Below the pieces are notes generated by a model that did no database searches, was not told the origin of the DNA, and saw nothing but the letters and a program-made list of their open reading frames with translations. Shown piece by piece: positions 14,534 through 28,920 of a stretch of DNA of 64,000 bases. Origin of the DNA: the human T2T-CHM13v2.0 reference genome, Homo sapiens. The translations under genes were made by a program, and so were the position numbers. The number at the start of each line of letters is the position of its first letter. Position 1 is the first letter of the stretch. The stretch lies in NCBI RefSeq assembly GCF_009914755.1, contig NC_060925.1, one strand, 5' to 3'.

Positions 14534-15939
14534 CTAAATACTTACACGGATAACTTCCCGTTCTGTTTTCTTGTTTGCCCAACTTTACTGTAAGTCACCT
14601 GAGGCCAAGGGTTATGTAATACACAGATTGCTGCTGTAATATAATGGAGTGTCTTGTGTGTCGTTTAGTCAGTCCCCTCACTTTATAGTATGTAGTACTT
14701 CTCTGATTGACTTGAGAAGTTAAAAGAGAGAGGAAAATATGAAGCTATGTAACAGGACAGTCATTTGCCACTGGAAATTGCTGTGAATGTTCATGCTACT
14801 CCCACCAGCTGGGAGCATGCTGTTGACTTCCTGTCTTCTTGTGTAGTGGATACACCGCTGAGGCTGCTGTGCTGAACACAGGGCTGGTTGCAAGGTGGAA
14901 GGGAATAATTCCCTTCACCCTCTATTAGGGATCCACTACCCTCTGCAGTAAACACTGACAGCATGCATAGAAGTGACATCTATAACTACATCTCTCTTCA
15001 TCTTGGGACATCTGAAACATGAAGAAAGCCCGATATTGATAGCAATTGTGTGGTTTAGCTGATAGGCAAAGACCCTCAGATTATTTGGTAGTCAAAGTTC
15101 CGGAGTTGCTCCCATCAACTCTCCGGGCAGCAAAACCTTGTCCTAAGACACAGAGTGAATGTCCAGTCTCCACTCTAATTTTGTGTTTACATATTTGACG
15201 TGTGACTCACCCTTGTAATGGATTCGGGCTGTTTCTGAGAGTGATATCTGAAGGGCTTTCAAGTAGAGATAGTTTATAAAATTGGCTAAGGTGACATTAA
15301 GGAGAATGACTGTACATAAATTTCAAGTTAGTAGGTTTTAATTAAAATTTTAAAAATTGTGCTATGGGGCAACATTTGATTCCTCTGTTAGACTAAAGTA
15401 GAAATAACTTTTTTCTGGCTAGGGAGTACCAGTCTTAACATGTATGGAAACAATCGTAGCTGATTCTATTTTCATTTTATTCTGTCACATCAGAGACTAC
15501 ATGTAGGGGGATCCAGGGATGGAATTCCCCTACAATGGGTCTCCTAATTAATCCAGAGTCCTCGTAAAAGATCACAGATCTTTTCTTCAGCTCATTCATT
15601 CAGTCTAACCAGCATGACAGGCCACCTGTGCACTGGGCCAGCCCTCTGGTTAATAGGGTCAGATATCTGGACAGCAAGCTAATTTGAAACCCCAGTAGTG
15701 TGAGCACCTCAGGAGTTAGATTCTAAGGTAGGACTGGGAATGGGTTAGAAGGGAGTACCTTAGTCAAAATTTTTGTATTCAATTTGGGTTAGAGTAAGTG
15801 AATGGAATCGAACAGAAAAGATTCTGGAGAATGGATGGCAACTAATAACATGCGTTTTTAAAAATCTTGGGAGACTTCTTCACATTGTTACCTATTGTTT
15901 GTTATGCTTCGTCAATTTAAGCCTCAGTGAAGTTTTAAA

Positions 15940-16215
15940 AAATGTTTTAAGGCATGGAATTTTTTCAAGCTTTTAAGAAACAAAGACTTCCATGCTAATT
16001 TAATTTATAGAAGACGCAAAGCCCCCAATCTGTTCTACAAAGCAAAACAAAAGACAACACAGAAAGCAAACAACCAGCTTCACTTCTGAATATAGACAAA
16101 GACATTCTCAATAAAACATTAGCAAATATAATGCAACCTTATTTCCCGTAATGCAGTGGGGTGGATGCCAGGAATGATAGGAGTATTCAAATTCAGCAAA
16201 TACATTCATAGAGCT
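15940..16215 (+). mobile_element. Old L1M ORF2 fragment
   Basis: gaatatagacaaagacattctcaataaaacattagcaaat resembles the ORF2 NIDAKILNKILAN region. Confidence 0.6.
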
Positions 16216-16259
16216 CATAAGAAGGACCTTAGTGGTGTTGAGGGCTGTTGGGACTACAA

Positions 16260-17020
16260 AGTGGGAGCCCTTACAAGGTCTTGAGCACAGTAAGGTGATG
16301 TGATATGTGGTTAAGTGGACTACTTTGGCTGCTGTGTGAAGAAGTGATTTAAGGGAGGCAAGAAACTGGGAGTGAGTTAAGAGGTGTGGTGAGCAGAGTA
16401 ACGGCCCACAAAGATGTCCACATCCAAATCCTCAGAACCTGTGAATATGTTATTTTACATGAGAAGGGGCAATTAAAGTTACAGATGGAACTATGGTTGC
16501 TAATCAGCTGACCGTGAGGTGGGGAGACAATCTTGGATTATCCAGGTGCATAAGGAAATCACAACGGTCCTTATAAGTGAGAGGAAGGCAGGAGAGAGGG
16601 AGGCAGAGTGATGCAGTGTGGGAAAGACTCGCCCAGCCATTGTTGGCTTTGAGATGGAAGGGACCACGAGCCATACAATGCAAGGCATCCATAGAAGCTC
16701 AGTAAGGCAAGAAGATGACTTCTGCCCGGAGTTTCCAGATGGAAAGCAGTCCTGCTGACACCTTGATTTTAGCCCAGTGAGATCCACTTCAGACTTCTGA
16801 CCTCCAGAACTGTGAGAACATAAATCTGTGTTGCTTTAAGTTGCTCAGTTTGAGGAGTTTGTTGCAGTGGAAATAGGCTACTAACACAGGTTGGCTACTG
16901 CAATAACCCAAGTGGGAGTTGGCAGCGGCTTGGATGGGAGTGGTGGCAGAGAAAGTGCCAGGAAGTGGTTGGATTTTGGACATGATCTGAAGTGAAGTCA
17001 ATGAGATTTACCGACAAACA
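16260..17020 (-). mobile_element. L2 fragment interrupted by MLT1D
   Basis: actttggctgctgtgtg...gggaggcaaga / ggctactgcaataaccca...ggattttgga. Confidence 0.6.
16385..16888 (+). mobile_element. MaLR LTR MLT1D-like
   Basis: tgtggt...aaagatgtccacatcc...cagacttctgacctccagaactgtgaga...ctaacaca. Confidence 0.88.
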
Positions 17021-18866
17021 AGGTATTTGATTGGGTTTGAAAGAACGGGAAGTCAATGTGAGTCTCAGTGGAGAGGAGACTTTGAGTTTCCGTAAAGAGG
17101 CAGTAGAATTTGAAAAAGTGCCCCTAAGAGACTGAGCACTTTCTTTTTCCCCCTTCCAGCCCCACCCCTCATCATACCCAAAGACCAGTGATCCGGACTA
17201 AAACCATGCCCAGTGGGTTTTGTGGGCTATTTTTCTAGACCTACCCCCAAAGGTTGGCCTTTAAGATATTGTCACTTCGATGAAAAGAATGATCAAGAAA
17301 CAAATTATTGAATTATGCGATTTACAGCATCGTTCCTATCCTCCTGACTGTGAAAGAAAGAGAATCCTTGAACCTCCCTCCTCCCTTTCTTTCCAAGGGA
17401 AACTTTGAATTTGTTAGCTCAATGCCTGGGCAGGAACATCTACTGAGAGAGGCCAGAACATTTCCATCAAAGAGGAGGCAAATATCTAGTGAGAGAAAAA
17501 AGTAGTTCCAAGACTGGGGGCTGGGGCACCAAAAGAAGTTGAGAGCCACCTGCATGGTTTACTGGAGAAGTGTTGGCAGCAAGCTGGAAATGAAACGGAG
17601 AGAGACTCTTTGATCCACAAGGTCTGTGAGCAAGATTGAAAGGAAAGAAAGGAAAAGAGGGTTTTAAGCCACGTTGTCATGGATTGGAACTGTATCTTCT
17701 GTGATATTCTTTGAGAACATCGGTAAACATTGGAATTGCTTGTAAGTATATAGATGAAAAACATCTTATGCCCTATAACTCATTTGTTAATCCTCCTGTG
17801 CTACCCTTCTCTTTTCCAAATTGTAAGTCCTCAGATTGTCAGTCTGTTCTGTTTTCTTAGGTGCTAAAAAATGAAATTACATTGCTTAGCCTTGAAACTG
17901 TGCAACCTTTCAACTGCTGATGAAAACAACCTCAGCAAGATGAAAATTTCTCCATTTTCCTGAAACTATTCTGCATCATAAAATTCATTGCAGGTGGTAC
18001 CTTTAAAAATAAAAGACTTGTAAAAAATGTTTTTGCAATTCTTAATGGTTGTCTTACTTAATAATTAGTTGTCCTGGTAAGGGAATAATGTTTAAGTCGA
18101 TATCTCAGTTTTCTGAATGGTGTCCGTGTTGTAAGTTTTCATTGATACTTTCTTCTTCCACACGAATGGACATAAAGATAGGTAAAACCTAAGACTTTGT
18201 AGGTTTCTTATTTTGAACAAAATGTTTGGGTGTCTGGATCTCATCCTTTCTTAGCAGACACTTGTGTTTGCTGAACCATGTTTCCTAGAATATAATGCTG
18301 AGCAGAGACTGGCCTCTGTGATCAACTGATGGGCTCAGAGAAATAACAAGTTTCATAAACCTGGGAGAGAATGGGATTGAGCTGACCTCTCCCTACATCC
18401 TGGGGAGGTGAAGAAGTCATCCTGAGCAGTAGATTTCCACCACTATTCCCACCCCAAGCTGCATGGGAAAGAAGGGCTGGAGGGGTCCCGAAGCCACTTG
18501 AAGAAGGGCCATTTGTCAAGAGAGTGCCTGTCCCATCCAGCCCTGTTCACCTGCTCCCACTAGAGGCTCCTCCTCCAGCCACAGCCCCTCAGCTCTGTCC
18601 TTGAAGCTGTCTCTGGTTTTGACCCATTTCAGGGAAGAGTAAAATCAGGGGAGCAAAAGCCTCACTTCTCGTGAGGTTAGTCAACTTTTCTCCCTATATT
18701 TTTTTCTTCTATTGATTCAAGGACTTCTTAATAGCCTGGACTGTTGATGCCCCAGTTAAGAGATATCAATAGAATAGCAGGACATTTTTTTCCCAGTATT
18801 TTCATGAAACTCTTCCTCTGACCCTTCTCATGGCTTGCAGTATCACCTTTCTCACTGAAAGCTCTA

Positions 18867-19445
18867 TGTATTAATCATGCATTTTAATCTTCTGTATTTT
18901 CTGATGTTTTGATATCAGTGGCTTTGCTGATCCCAAGGAGATGTTTACTCCCAGGGCTAACTAGTTCTTAGAGATAGAAAAGGATGGGTCTGCAAGTGTA
19001 CTCCTCATCTGACCACTAACCAACCCCAAGCCCGTATTCTCCAACCACCACCTTTATCAGACGCTCACAGGGCTCTCACACTCTGGGCTGGTATTCCCCT
19101 GTCCTAACCATCCCAGGACCAGGTCCCAGGCAACTCCGGACCGCTCCTAAACCTCACAGCCTGCCAGACTTATTCACACTAACCAACCCTAAGTCCACTT
19201 ATCCTGCCCTTCCTTTTCCTTCCTACAGACACCATAGTAAAGGCCCTTCCACACTTCCTCCCTCCCTCTCTCTGCCTGCTGACTGACCCTGGTGCTTCCC
19301 CATGTGGCCCTGTGTGGCATGGCATGCACCCTCCTCTGGGGAACTGTGGGTGACATACTATCTTTTCAGTGGCAGTCAACTCCTGATCCCAAATCATAAT
19401 AAACTCAACATGCCCATATAATAATAAAGCTTGCATTTTGCAACA
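18867..19445 (+). mobile_element. ERVL solo LTR (MER74/LTR53-group) nested in L2
   Basis: tgtattaatc...ccctggtgcttccccatgtggccctg...aataaag...caaca; L2 3' end follows at 19446-19500. Confidence 0.7.
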
Positions 19446-20099
19446 CCCCAGCCCAGTACCAGACACATAAGTGGTGCTCAATACATGTTCATTGAATCAA
19501 TGGCCAATGAGATGAGCAACTCAGCAAATCAAGGCTCTTGGATGTAGCTGTTAGAAGACTCTGAAGGTGATCAGGAAATTATTTCAAATAAGCTCTACTC
19601 CAAGTTGACTAAATACCAGACCCAAAACTTACGGCCAAGGTTTATTTCACATCTCAAATTTTGTTTGGCGACGTCCTTCAACCAAGCTTACCAGACCAAA
19701 CTATACAAAGGTCCAGGTATGCATGGAAAGCTCTGGCACCCACAGCATCCCAGGAGCAAGACATGTCCAAAATTTTCTTACACTCAACAACACTGAAACA
19801 CTCCTACCATTATCAAATCAATTCATTATTCTCTTAGAGGAATAGAGATTCCCCCCCCTTCAAATTATAGAACATTTATGCCCTGTGGGGCCTTCGATCT
19901 CTTCTTCAGGAGCCTTGGGCATCTTCTACTTGAATTCACAGGGCTGTTTCTGCACTTTCAAGGTGGGCTGAGTCTAGGCCCAAGCCTCTTCCAAGGCTCC
20001 AGGGTGCTGCCATGGTACTCAAGAATGTTGCAGCATTATTTAGAAAGAAAATCACCAAATATCTCAACCAAATGTGACTGATGCAGTAGCTGATAATCT

Positions 20100-22270
20100 G
20101 AAGAAATAATTATCTTACATAAGAGATCATTAAGAAAAGACATCAAAATGGATATAATAAAATTGAACATCTGTTACTAATAAAACCTCTTAAAAATTAA
20201 GAATAGATGGCTACTTTCTTCAACTAATTAAAAAGTATAACATTTTATCATCAGCCAGCATCATATGAAACAGAGAAATAATGAAGAACTAGGCACAAAG
20301 TAAGGATGTTCATAACCACCACTGTTTATTTTTTTGGGTGTTCTCGCCAATTTGATATAAATAGAATAAAAAAGAAAGAGGCCTAAATATTGTTAAGGAG
20401 GAGAAAAAGCTATTATTAATTGAAGGTAGAAATGCATCTATTGAAAATCCAAAGGAGTAAAACTGAGAAAAAAATATGAGAATTAACGAGCTCAGTAAGG
20501 TGGCTGATTGTGTAATAAATACATAAAATCAATAGCTTGCTTCTACAGTATTAAAAACAAGTTATAAAATATAATAAAAACTGGGATCCTGATTATAATA
20601 GGAGAAAAAGTACAAAATGCCTACAAGCAACCTTAATGATAAAATTGAATGATGTATTTGGAGAAAACTATAAAATTACAAAATGTTATTGAGAATTATA
20701 AAAGAAAACTTGGGTAGAATTTTGGAATATGTGAAATATGTCAATTCTTTACAATTTAATTGCTGTATTTAATATGTATTTAATTCAATAGTACAATGTG
20801 ATATTTTCATAAGTTGAAAAAAATCATTCCTACTTTCACCTGACAGAATAAGCAGGCAAGAACAGCAGTGGGTTAGGAAGGGAATATTAAATTATTAGAT
20901 ATTAAAATTCAGAAAACTTCAGAAATTGAAAGTGTGATATTTGTGCAAGAGTAAATCAGGTACTCTTGCTATAAGCCACCATGGCATTCTTCATATATTT
21001 TCTTCAAAGCTGTTAGAAATACTATAATTAAGTAATTATTGATTTAATTATTTGTTTAATAAGTCTGCCATCATCCTCCACTGTATCGAGACACTTAGAC
21101 CACTTTCTGGCATGTGTAGGCACTGAATAAATGTTTACCAACTGAGTGAGTAGATACATAGAAGAAAGCAAAGAAACATATTCTACTACATATAAGAATC
21201 TAATATTTGTCAATGGGAAAGAGAATATCTGTAATAAATGGATTTAGGTTCTATGGTTAGAAAATCAAGAGATAAATTAGTTTATTCTCATTCCACATAC
21301 TAAATTCCATACCTTCACATGGTAGACTGAATTCCTCATGGAATGAAAAGTTAAATATTAACAAACTCAAACTATAGAAAAAAAGTAGTGGATATTCACC
21401 AACCCTCCAAGCTTAGAATAGAGGGAAAATACTGACATTTGACAATATAAACTTTAAAAACTTTTCTAGATCCAACAATCCTGCACACAGACATAAACAA
21501 ATGCCCCAAATTAAAAATCTCCAAATGGAGGAAAAGATGGCAAAAATACTAGAACACAATGTGTGTCAAGATCCTTAAAAAATATTTACATCCTCTGATA
21601 CAGTAAAGTACCTGTATCATCTGGACCAAAGGGAAGGGCTCTTGGAACAATAAAGATCTGGGTTTAATTATTGCTTAGCTTTGCATCTTAAAGCAAATTA
21701 ATATCTGAGTCTCAGTTTCCTCATCTACAAGATGGGGATATAATTATTTACTTTGAAAAGTTGTGAGTAGGGGTAATGCAAGTAAAATTCCTATAGTAAA
21801 TGCTCAAAAAGTGATCATTATCATTAGCTATATTACTATTTTGTATCTAAAACTCTATTTTAGAGCAAAGATAACTATGAAATTAGCTTTATGCAAAAAG
21901 AATTGACATGAATTATTTATAGTAGGAAATATCCTAAATGTTTTCCTAAGGGGAACAGCCACATAAATTAAGATTCATCTTCTCACTGGAATATCATCCA
22001 GCCATAAAAATGAATGTTTATGAGGGTTATGTAATATCACGGGAGAATGCTTATGGCCGTTTAGTGGGAAAAAGCTGAGTAAGAAACTGCATTTGTAGTA
22101 TGTTTACAATGTTGTAATATATACATATGTATATATAAAAGCCTGAAGGAAACATAATAAAATGTTAACAATGACTGTGTTTGTGAAGACTATGGATGGT
22201 TTATTTCTAATAGTATTTTCTGCATTTCCAGCTTAAAGACTGAGTATGGCATATTTTTGAAATAAAAATA
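20100..22270 (+). mobile_element. Highly decayed L1ME/L1M5 ORF2-3' region, interrupted by L2 (about 20960-21150) and MIR (about 21620-21830)
   Basis: A-rich; ORF2-like motifs gaactaggcacaaagtaaggatg, gaaaatccaaagg, ctcagtaaggtggctg, aaaatcaatagc. Confidence 0.65.
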
Positions 22271-22799
22271 TATACATTTAGAGAAGGAAAAACAATGACA
22301 CTGAAAAAAATTGCTTTTGTAATCTGGATATTATTTAAAGAGTCAGTCTTGAGCAGTATCACTGAGGCTCAATATGACACCTCTCACCATCTGAAATGTT
22401 CTGAAAAGGGAGACAAAAACCTCTTAAGTTTTAAAACTGAAGACTTGTAAGTGACTTCATACATCATTAGAATCTGAGAATTCAGATGGGAATTTGAATT
22501 CCTGGGAAATTCGGAAGGATCAGAAGCACTGGTCAGTAGGAGCTTATTTTCTAGGAACCAAATTCAAGAAAATTGATTGGCATCTTTAAAGTGTACTTGG
22601 GGAGGGACAAGCTTCCAGGATTCATAAAGAGTAACTCAATAGTGCTGTCTGCATTGCAATTCTGTCTTTTCCCTGCTTCCTTTTTCTCACCTTCTTCCCA
22701 CCCCTCTCTCTATCATCCTCCACCCCTACATAGTCTAGGGGAGAATGTAAAATAGTACAGAATTTCCAGAGGGCAGCTCAGCAATATATATTTTTACCC

Positions 22800-23251
<452 letters not shown>

Positions 23252-23269
23252 TACATCCTTTAATTTAAT

Positions 23270-23750
23270 AATTTCACTGCTATCAATCAATCCCAGTGAA
23301 ATAAACAGAGAGGCATAGGGGAAAAGGTATAAAAAAAGATGCTGTTAATCAAGCTGTTTATCAGAGCAGAAAGCAAAACACAAGATCAGGGCCAACATTG
23401 CTTGGGGGAAGCATTGGTTAAATAAATTAATGTTTATGTATTTGATGAACCAGTGTGTAGCCATTAAATTGGTTTTTATATTATTTTATATGTTAAATGG
23501 GAAATGCAGTAAACTAAATTCCATATACAATAGGACTCCAACTAAATAAAAGAAAAACACACAAAATCACCATAGATGTGTGCCTATGTGAATCTGAGTT
23601 GACCAGAAGGAATACCCCAGAAAGTTAACAATAGTTCTGTCTAGGTGGCATCAGGATGAGAGATTATTAATTTCTTTATATTTTTCACATGCTTTCAAAA
23701 ATTCTTCTTACAGTAAGATACATTATTTTCACATGCACCAAAAAGCTATT
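23270..23750 (+). mobile_element. Old L1ME 3' region fragment
   Basis: ggttaaataaatta...gtagccattaaa...gttaacaatagtt...tttctttatatttt. Confidence 0.5.
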
Positions 23751-23988
23751 ATCTAACAAAGAAACAAAGATAGTTATTATCTTGGAAATGGAAGAATATT
23801 TGTTTCTAAGATGATTTATACTCTAAGGAGAAAACCATTGTCCATCTCCTTGTCTTTTCAGTCCTTTCTGCACCTGGATATCCTCAGCATTAACAATAAC
23901 ACCATCAACTCACTCATTGGACTTCATGAATGTGTGGTGGAGCCTCCTGAGGATTTAACTTTCAATACCATGACTTATTGATGAGACT

Positions 23989-24975
23989 TGTAATCAACAA
24001 TAAAATTGGAAGGCCTCCTAACCATCTGCATTAGTCCATTCTTGAGCTACTATAAAGAACTACCTGAGACTGGGTAATTTCTAAAGAAAAGAAGTTTAAT
24101 TGGCTCACGGTTCTGAGAGATAGATGTACAGGCCTCTGCTTCTGGGGTGGCCTCAAGAAACTTACAATCATAGTGGAAGATGAAGGGGAAGCAAGCATGT
24201 CTTACATGGCAGGAGCAGGAGAGAGAGGGTGGGGGAGGTGCCACAAACTTTTAAACAACCAGATTTCATGAGAACTCTATCACAAAACAGCACTAGGGGG
24301 ATGGTGCTAAGCCATTAGAAACCACCCACATGATCCAATCACCTCCCACCAGGCCCCACTCCCAACACTGGGGATTACAATTCCATTTGAGATTTGGATG
24401 GGGCTCAGAGTCAAACCATATTACCATCTGAATAGACCCTTCCTCTGGGCCAAGGGCATTCCAGAATTAATCTGAAAAAGTAGTTCAGGCTGGATGAAGA
24501 GGGGATTGGACATGGCTCATCATTCCTATGAAGCATTAACATCAATACAGACCTTAAGTCTGTTAAGAAACATTTACAATCTATTGTCTCTGAAGCCTGC
24601 TACTTGCAGGCTTTATCTGCATGATAAAACCTTGGTCTCCACAACTCCAGACGTTCCTTTCTACTGATGATAACTTTCTACTGCTAATAACTGTTTCAAC
24701 CAATTGCCAATCAGAAAATGTTTAAATCTACCAACGATCTGGAAGTTCCCCTCCTCGAGTTGCGTCGCCCTTCCAGATCAAACCAATGTAAATCTTTCAT
24801 GTATTGGTTGACGTATTATGTCTCCCTAAAATGTATAAAAGCAATCTGTGCCCCAACCACCTTGGGTACACATCGTCAGGACCTCCTGAGGCTGTGTCAT
24901 GGGTGTGTCCTTAACCTTGGCAAAATAAACTTTCTAAATTGATTGAGACCTGTCTCAGATACTTTTGGGTTCACA
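23989..24975 (+). mobile_element. ERV1 solo LTR (MER4B/D-like) interrupted by MSTA
   Basis: tgtaatc...aaccatctgaatagaccc...tgtataaaag (TATA)...aataaac...ttcaca; TSD gact/gcct. Confidence 0.85.
24027..24423 (-). mobile_element. MaLR LTR MSTA-like
   Basis: 5-bp TSD ccatc (24022-24026, 24424-24428); typical MST body. Confidence 0.9.
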
Positions 24976-25379
24976 GCCTAAGTATAGGCTCCTTTAATAG
25001 TTAAGCGACTCCCTGAGGAGATGTTGTGAATTGTTAAATTCTCCATTCCGGCTTTTAGAGGATGCACAGAAACAACTGGATTGTCTGGAGTCAGCCCCAT
25101 TGCAGGCCGCTGAGAAAGACAGCTGCAGACTATCTTGAGCTAAAATCACAATGTTAGCTCCACCAAGGTAAGGACTGCATTTGCCTAACTTACGGCTTTA
25201 TGCACAGCAACCAGCACGTCTACCTACACACATAGGGGTCACTTAATCATATGTGAATTGACTTTGAGTGAATAAAAGAGTAGATATTTGTTTAACAAAG
25301 GAAGGAAAAACAGAAAAAAAGGGTGGTCTATTAATATCCTATTACTTTTTTGGAATGGGAGGCAAGTCTCTATGAATCT

Positions 25380-25876
25380 CTCACATTTCTTCACATCTAG
25401 GCATCAACACCCACTTTCCTCAGATTTATTTACTTTCCAGAATGGTAAAGATAGTGAGAATGTCCCCCTCCCTGGAGATGGTCTAGGATAATAAGGATAA
25501 AGACCTCTCTCCTCTTCTTGAGAAAGATTTGTTTACATTGCAGGGTAGTAAGATAACATCTCTCCCTGGAGGGGAGGATGGGCAGTTTTCCAGAAGCCCC
25601 ATTGTAACGTAGGGGGGTTCCTAAGCTTAGGATTCCCCAGCTGTGAGGCGCCCCTGCACTCCGTGCATGGTATTCACCTGTGCCAACCTTTGCATCACCC
25701 TTGTGAGATCTGGGGCGTAAAGAGAACTGATACAAACAGGAAGCTTCTACCATTGCTGTGAAGTATCTAACTCCATCTACGTGGGCTCATTGTGTCCTTA
25801 CTGGCAGAGACTATGGAGCTGTGATCAGGCAACCTGTCAGTTCCCACTGTTCTGCTGCTCAGTGCCTACCTGACCA
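25380..25876 (+). mobile_element. Old ERVL-class LTR (MER76/MER77-like)
   Basis: gggttcctaagcttagg...cattgctgtga...ctatggagctgtg motifs; boundaries approximate. Confidence 0.45.
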
Positions 25877-25949
25877 TGGGACATACCTACCATGTTTTTG
25901 CTTGGTATCATGATCCAAGTGAGCTATGGAATTAGCTTTTGTATGGGCC

Positions 25950-26120
25950 TCATATGTAGATGAACTTCTACTATGTGATGTTGGGGAAATGACTTAACAT
26001 TTCTTAGCCTCAGTTTCTACATCTGTAAAATTACTTTCTTATGAGTTTGTTGTAAAGATTAACTATAAAGTGCCCAGCACAATGGCATGCACACATTAGT
26101 ACAGCACCCTACAAAAGCTA
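25950..26120 (+). mobile_element. MIR
   Basis: gcctcagtttctacatctgtaaaa...aaagtgcccagcacaatg. Confidence 0.7.
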
Positions 26121-26429
26121 ATTTACCTTCTTTCCTATAAGCCCAGAAATCATAGACTACAATTTACTTAATTTGCTACTGTAGAATACTCTTTGATAAC
26201 TTTTAATCCATAATTTCCATTTAAAATAAAATAATTGTATTACATTTTTTCCATCAAATTCTTATTAAAAGCAATTACAGATTTTTTTCACAGCAATATC
26301 AAAAATACTTTCATAAAGCAGTTATAAATATGTAAAAGTATACAGAAATATACAGAAATATTCCTTATTGTACAAATAGGAATCTTATTTATCTTATTTT
26401 CCCAGAGGGAAGAGAAAGGGGAATATTTG

Positions 26430-26620
26430 TTAAGCAGCAATTTTCCAGCCACTTTACATGCATTATGTTACTTAAAACTTTCAGGAATATTCTTTGTTAT
26501 TATTTTGCAAATGAAGAAACAGAGGCTCAGACATATCAAGTAAAACTTGTATAAGATCACATAGTAGTGAAACCAAAACTTGAACCTTGAGTCTATTGAC
26601 TTTAAAACATGAACTCTCTC
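26430..26620 (-). mobile_element. MIR
   Basis: attttgcaaatgaagaaacagaggctcaga...gatcacatag. Confidence 0.7.
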
Positions 26621-27817
26621 TTTCACAAGTACCCAACTGCAGAAAGTGTTTACTCTGAGTTTCTCATCCTCTGCCCCTAATTCCCTGCCCGCTTCCATAC
26701 CTCTTGCTGCAATCATTAATGAATTAGCACTGAGTTCCCTGTGTCCTCAAAATGGCAGCATTTCCTGGTATAACTAAAACTGGAACTTTGAGCCGTTTAG
26801 TATGGTGAATTCTACCTCCCTTCAAGTACTGAATTGCACAACTTCATATGCAAAAAGAAGCTTAGTATTTATTTGTTTGCTTTTTTTTGCTAAAAGAGAA
26901 GAGAGGATCCAGCGAAAGAGCTGGGGGGAGAGTGATAAGGGATGGGCCACATGGCATCCTGGTGGACATTTGCCATTGCTTTTTTTTTGACCACCCAACT
27001 CCTGAATCTTCTTTGTATATTTGGGACTTCCACTGTGTGAGCTGAGATCACTTTTGTGACCTCAAGAGAAGTCCAGACAACAGCTCTCCCAGCCCTCCTG
27101 AAGCCTGAGTGTGGCAAGTGACCAAGGCCTGGGCAATCAGGCAACCCCTGCAAGGACTCTGAATTGGGAAGTAGTGAGCAGGAGGAGGTTAGGGCCAGCA
27201 GCTGAAAGATAAGTGTTGCTGACAGACTTTGTCAGTGTCTAGGAACCATCTGCATCAATTTGAGGCTAAGAAACATAGTATCACCCATAGCTGGAGAGGG
27301 GACTGTCCCTCTACTCTGCTCCCCGAGCCCACTTGGCTATGGCCATGGTACCTCTGGTACCCTGAGGACTCTGGGTTCAGCAGGGAAAGAGACCTGAGTT
27401 TTGGAGGGAGAGTGTCTTCATATCTTCCTGGAGGCCACCAGCAGTGGAGGGGTCAGGAGGTTTGATGAAGAAACTGGAGGAGGGGACATGGGCAGACTTG
27501 TTTCTGATTACATGCGAGACACTCTCCCAGGGAGGTCCAGAGAGAACCAAGAGAGCTCTCAAAGGGCTTGTTTCTGTGTAGGTGGGTGGGCTAAGGGCCA
27601 TGTGCATTAGGACAGATGAGGTCTGGGATATTCAGGTGACCTATACAATGAATAGATCTCTTCTAGCAATCCCATCAAAGAGTGTGTGCTTGAAGATGTA
27701 AACACTGATTTCACAGCCCACCTCCAACACAAATAAGGTGTGTTGGTGACACATCGCAGAGTGAAGTCACAGTGTCTGCATCTGTGAAATGTACATGATA
27801 ATGAATGTTTATCCAGT

Positions 27818-28222
27818 TGTTATCGAATGCCCAGGGTTTAGTCTAGGTCCTGTTGCTTGCTGCATAGAAAGTTAATCACTGAGACCATGATTATTGCCAG
27901 GGAGGCTTTATTCGGGTGATGTCAACTGAAGAGATGGAGACAAGCCTCAAGTCTATCTCTTCTCCCATCTAAAATTATGGGTTGATTTAGCTGGGAAGGA
28001 AAACAGAAGGGGCAAGGAAGAGGAGTTGGTCAGCAGGCAGCAGGTGGTCAAATGAGGGTTCTGGTGTCTCATTGTAATCACATGTGGGAAAACAGGAATT
28101 AGGGAGGGGTAAGGAAGAGGAAGTGGTCAGCAGGCAGCAGGTGCGTTTCATTGTACAAAAGTAAGTTTCTCAAGCTTCAGTTCTATGGCCTTCTGGCTGG
28201 CTGGAAAATTGGGCTAGTTTCA
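27818..28222 (-). mobile_element. ERV1 solo LTR (LOR1-like)
   Basis: tgttatcgaatgcc...gtctaggtcctg...ttgggctagtttca; TG/CA termini. Confidence 0.8.
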
Positions 28223-28489
28223 GTTTGCAGAGCAATTATAAATAAATGAGAGTCTCTAAGTTAAAGAGCAAGACTTTGGGGGAGGAAGGGGCCAGATACC
28301 AATTATATCTATACCTTCGAAAACATTTACTGCCTTAGCCAGTACTAGGAAAGTGAGAGGCATCACATGGTAAAACTTTAATCTCCTTATATTTGCCTCT
28401 AAACATGATCTACACATGTTTACAGCATTTTAACCAGGAATCCTGTCCGTTTTCACTGAGAAGCCTTTGGTTGGAAACACAGTAGAGTG

Positions 28490-28920
28490 GACGTCTGTTT
28501 TTGTTTTTGTTTGTTTTTAACGTTGTTTTTTTCTTTTTGAGGAGGCACAGCATCCCTTATTTAGGGAAACTGCCTGCACAAATCCATGTAGTTCTGATGA
28601 GGCTGACAATGTCAGTATTCCAGGGTCCTGACCACAGCAATTGACATTTAGCCTAAGCAGAGAATGTCACTTTCTCTGGAATCTAATCTGGAACAGAGAC
28701 ACACAGGGCTAAAGCCCATTGGTGCCACATACAACGGCAATACCTCAGAGAAACAGAGACCACAAACTCCCACTGCTGTCCATGCTGTCGCCATCGTTTC
28801 TGTATTTCTGAAACCATTTGTTAGCTTTTCCTTTTTATATAATACTTTGGATAACTCCCTCTTCCTGTTTATGTTAGAGTTTACTTGTGCCGCTCAAACC
28901 CAAAAATATCTCAACAGATA
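28490..28920 (+). mobile_element. LTR33-like ERVL LTR (decayed)
   Basis: catcccttatttagggaa...ccatgtagttctgatgaggctgac... Confidence 0.45.
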
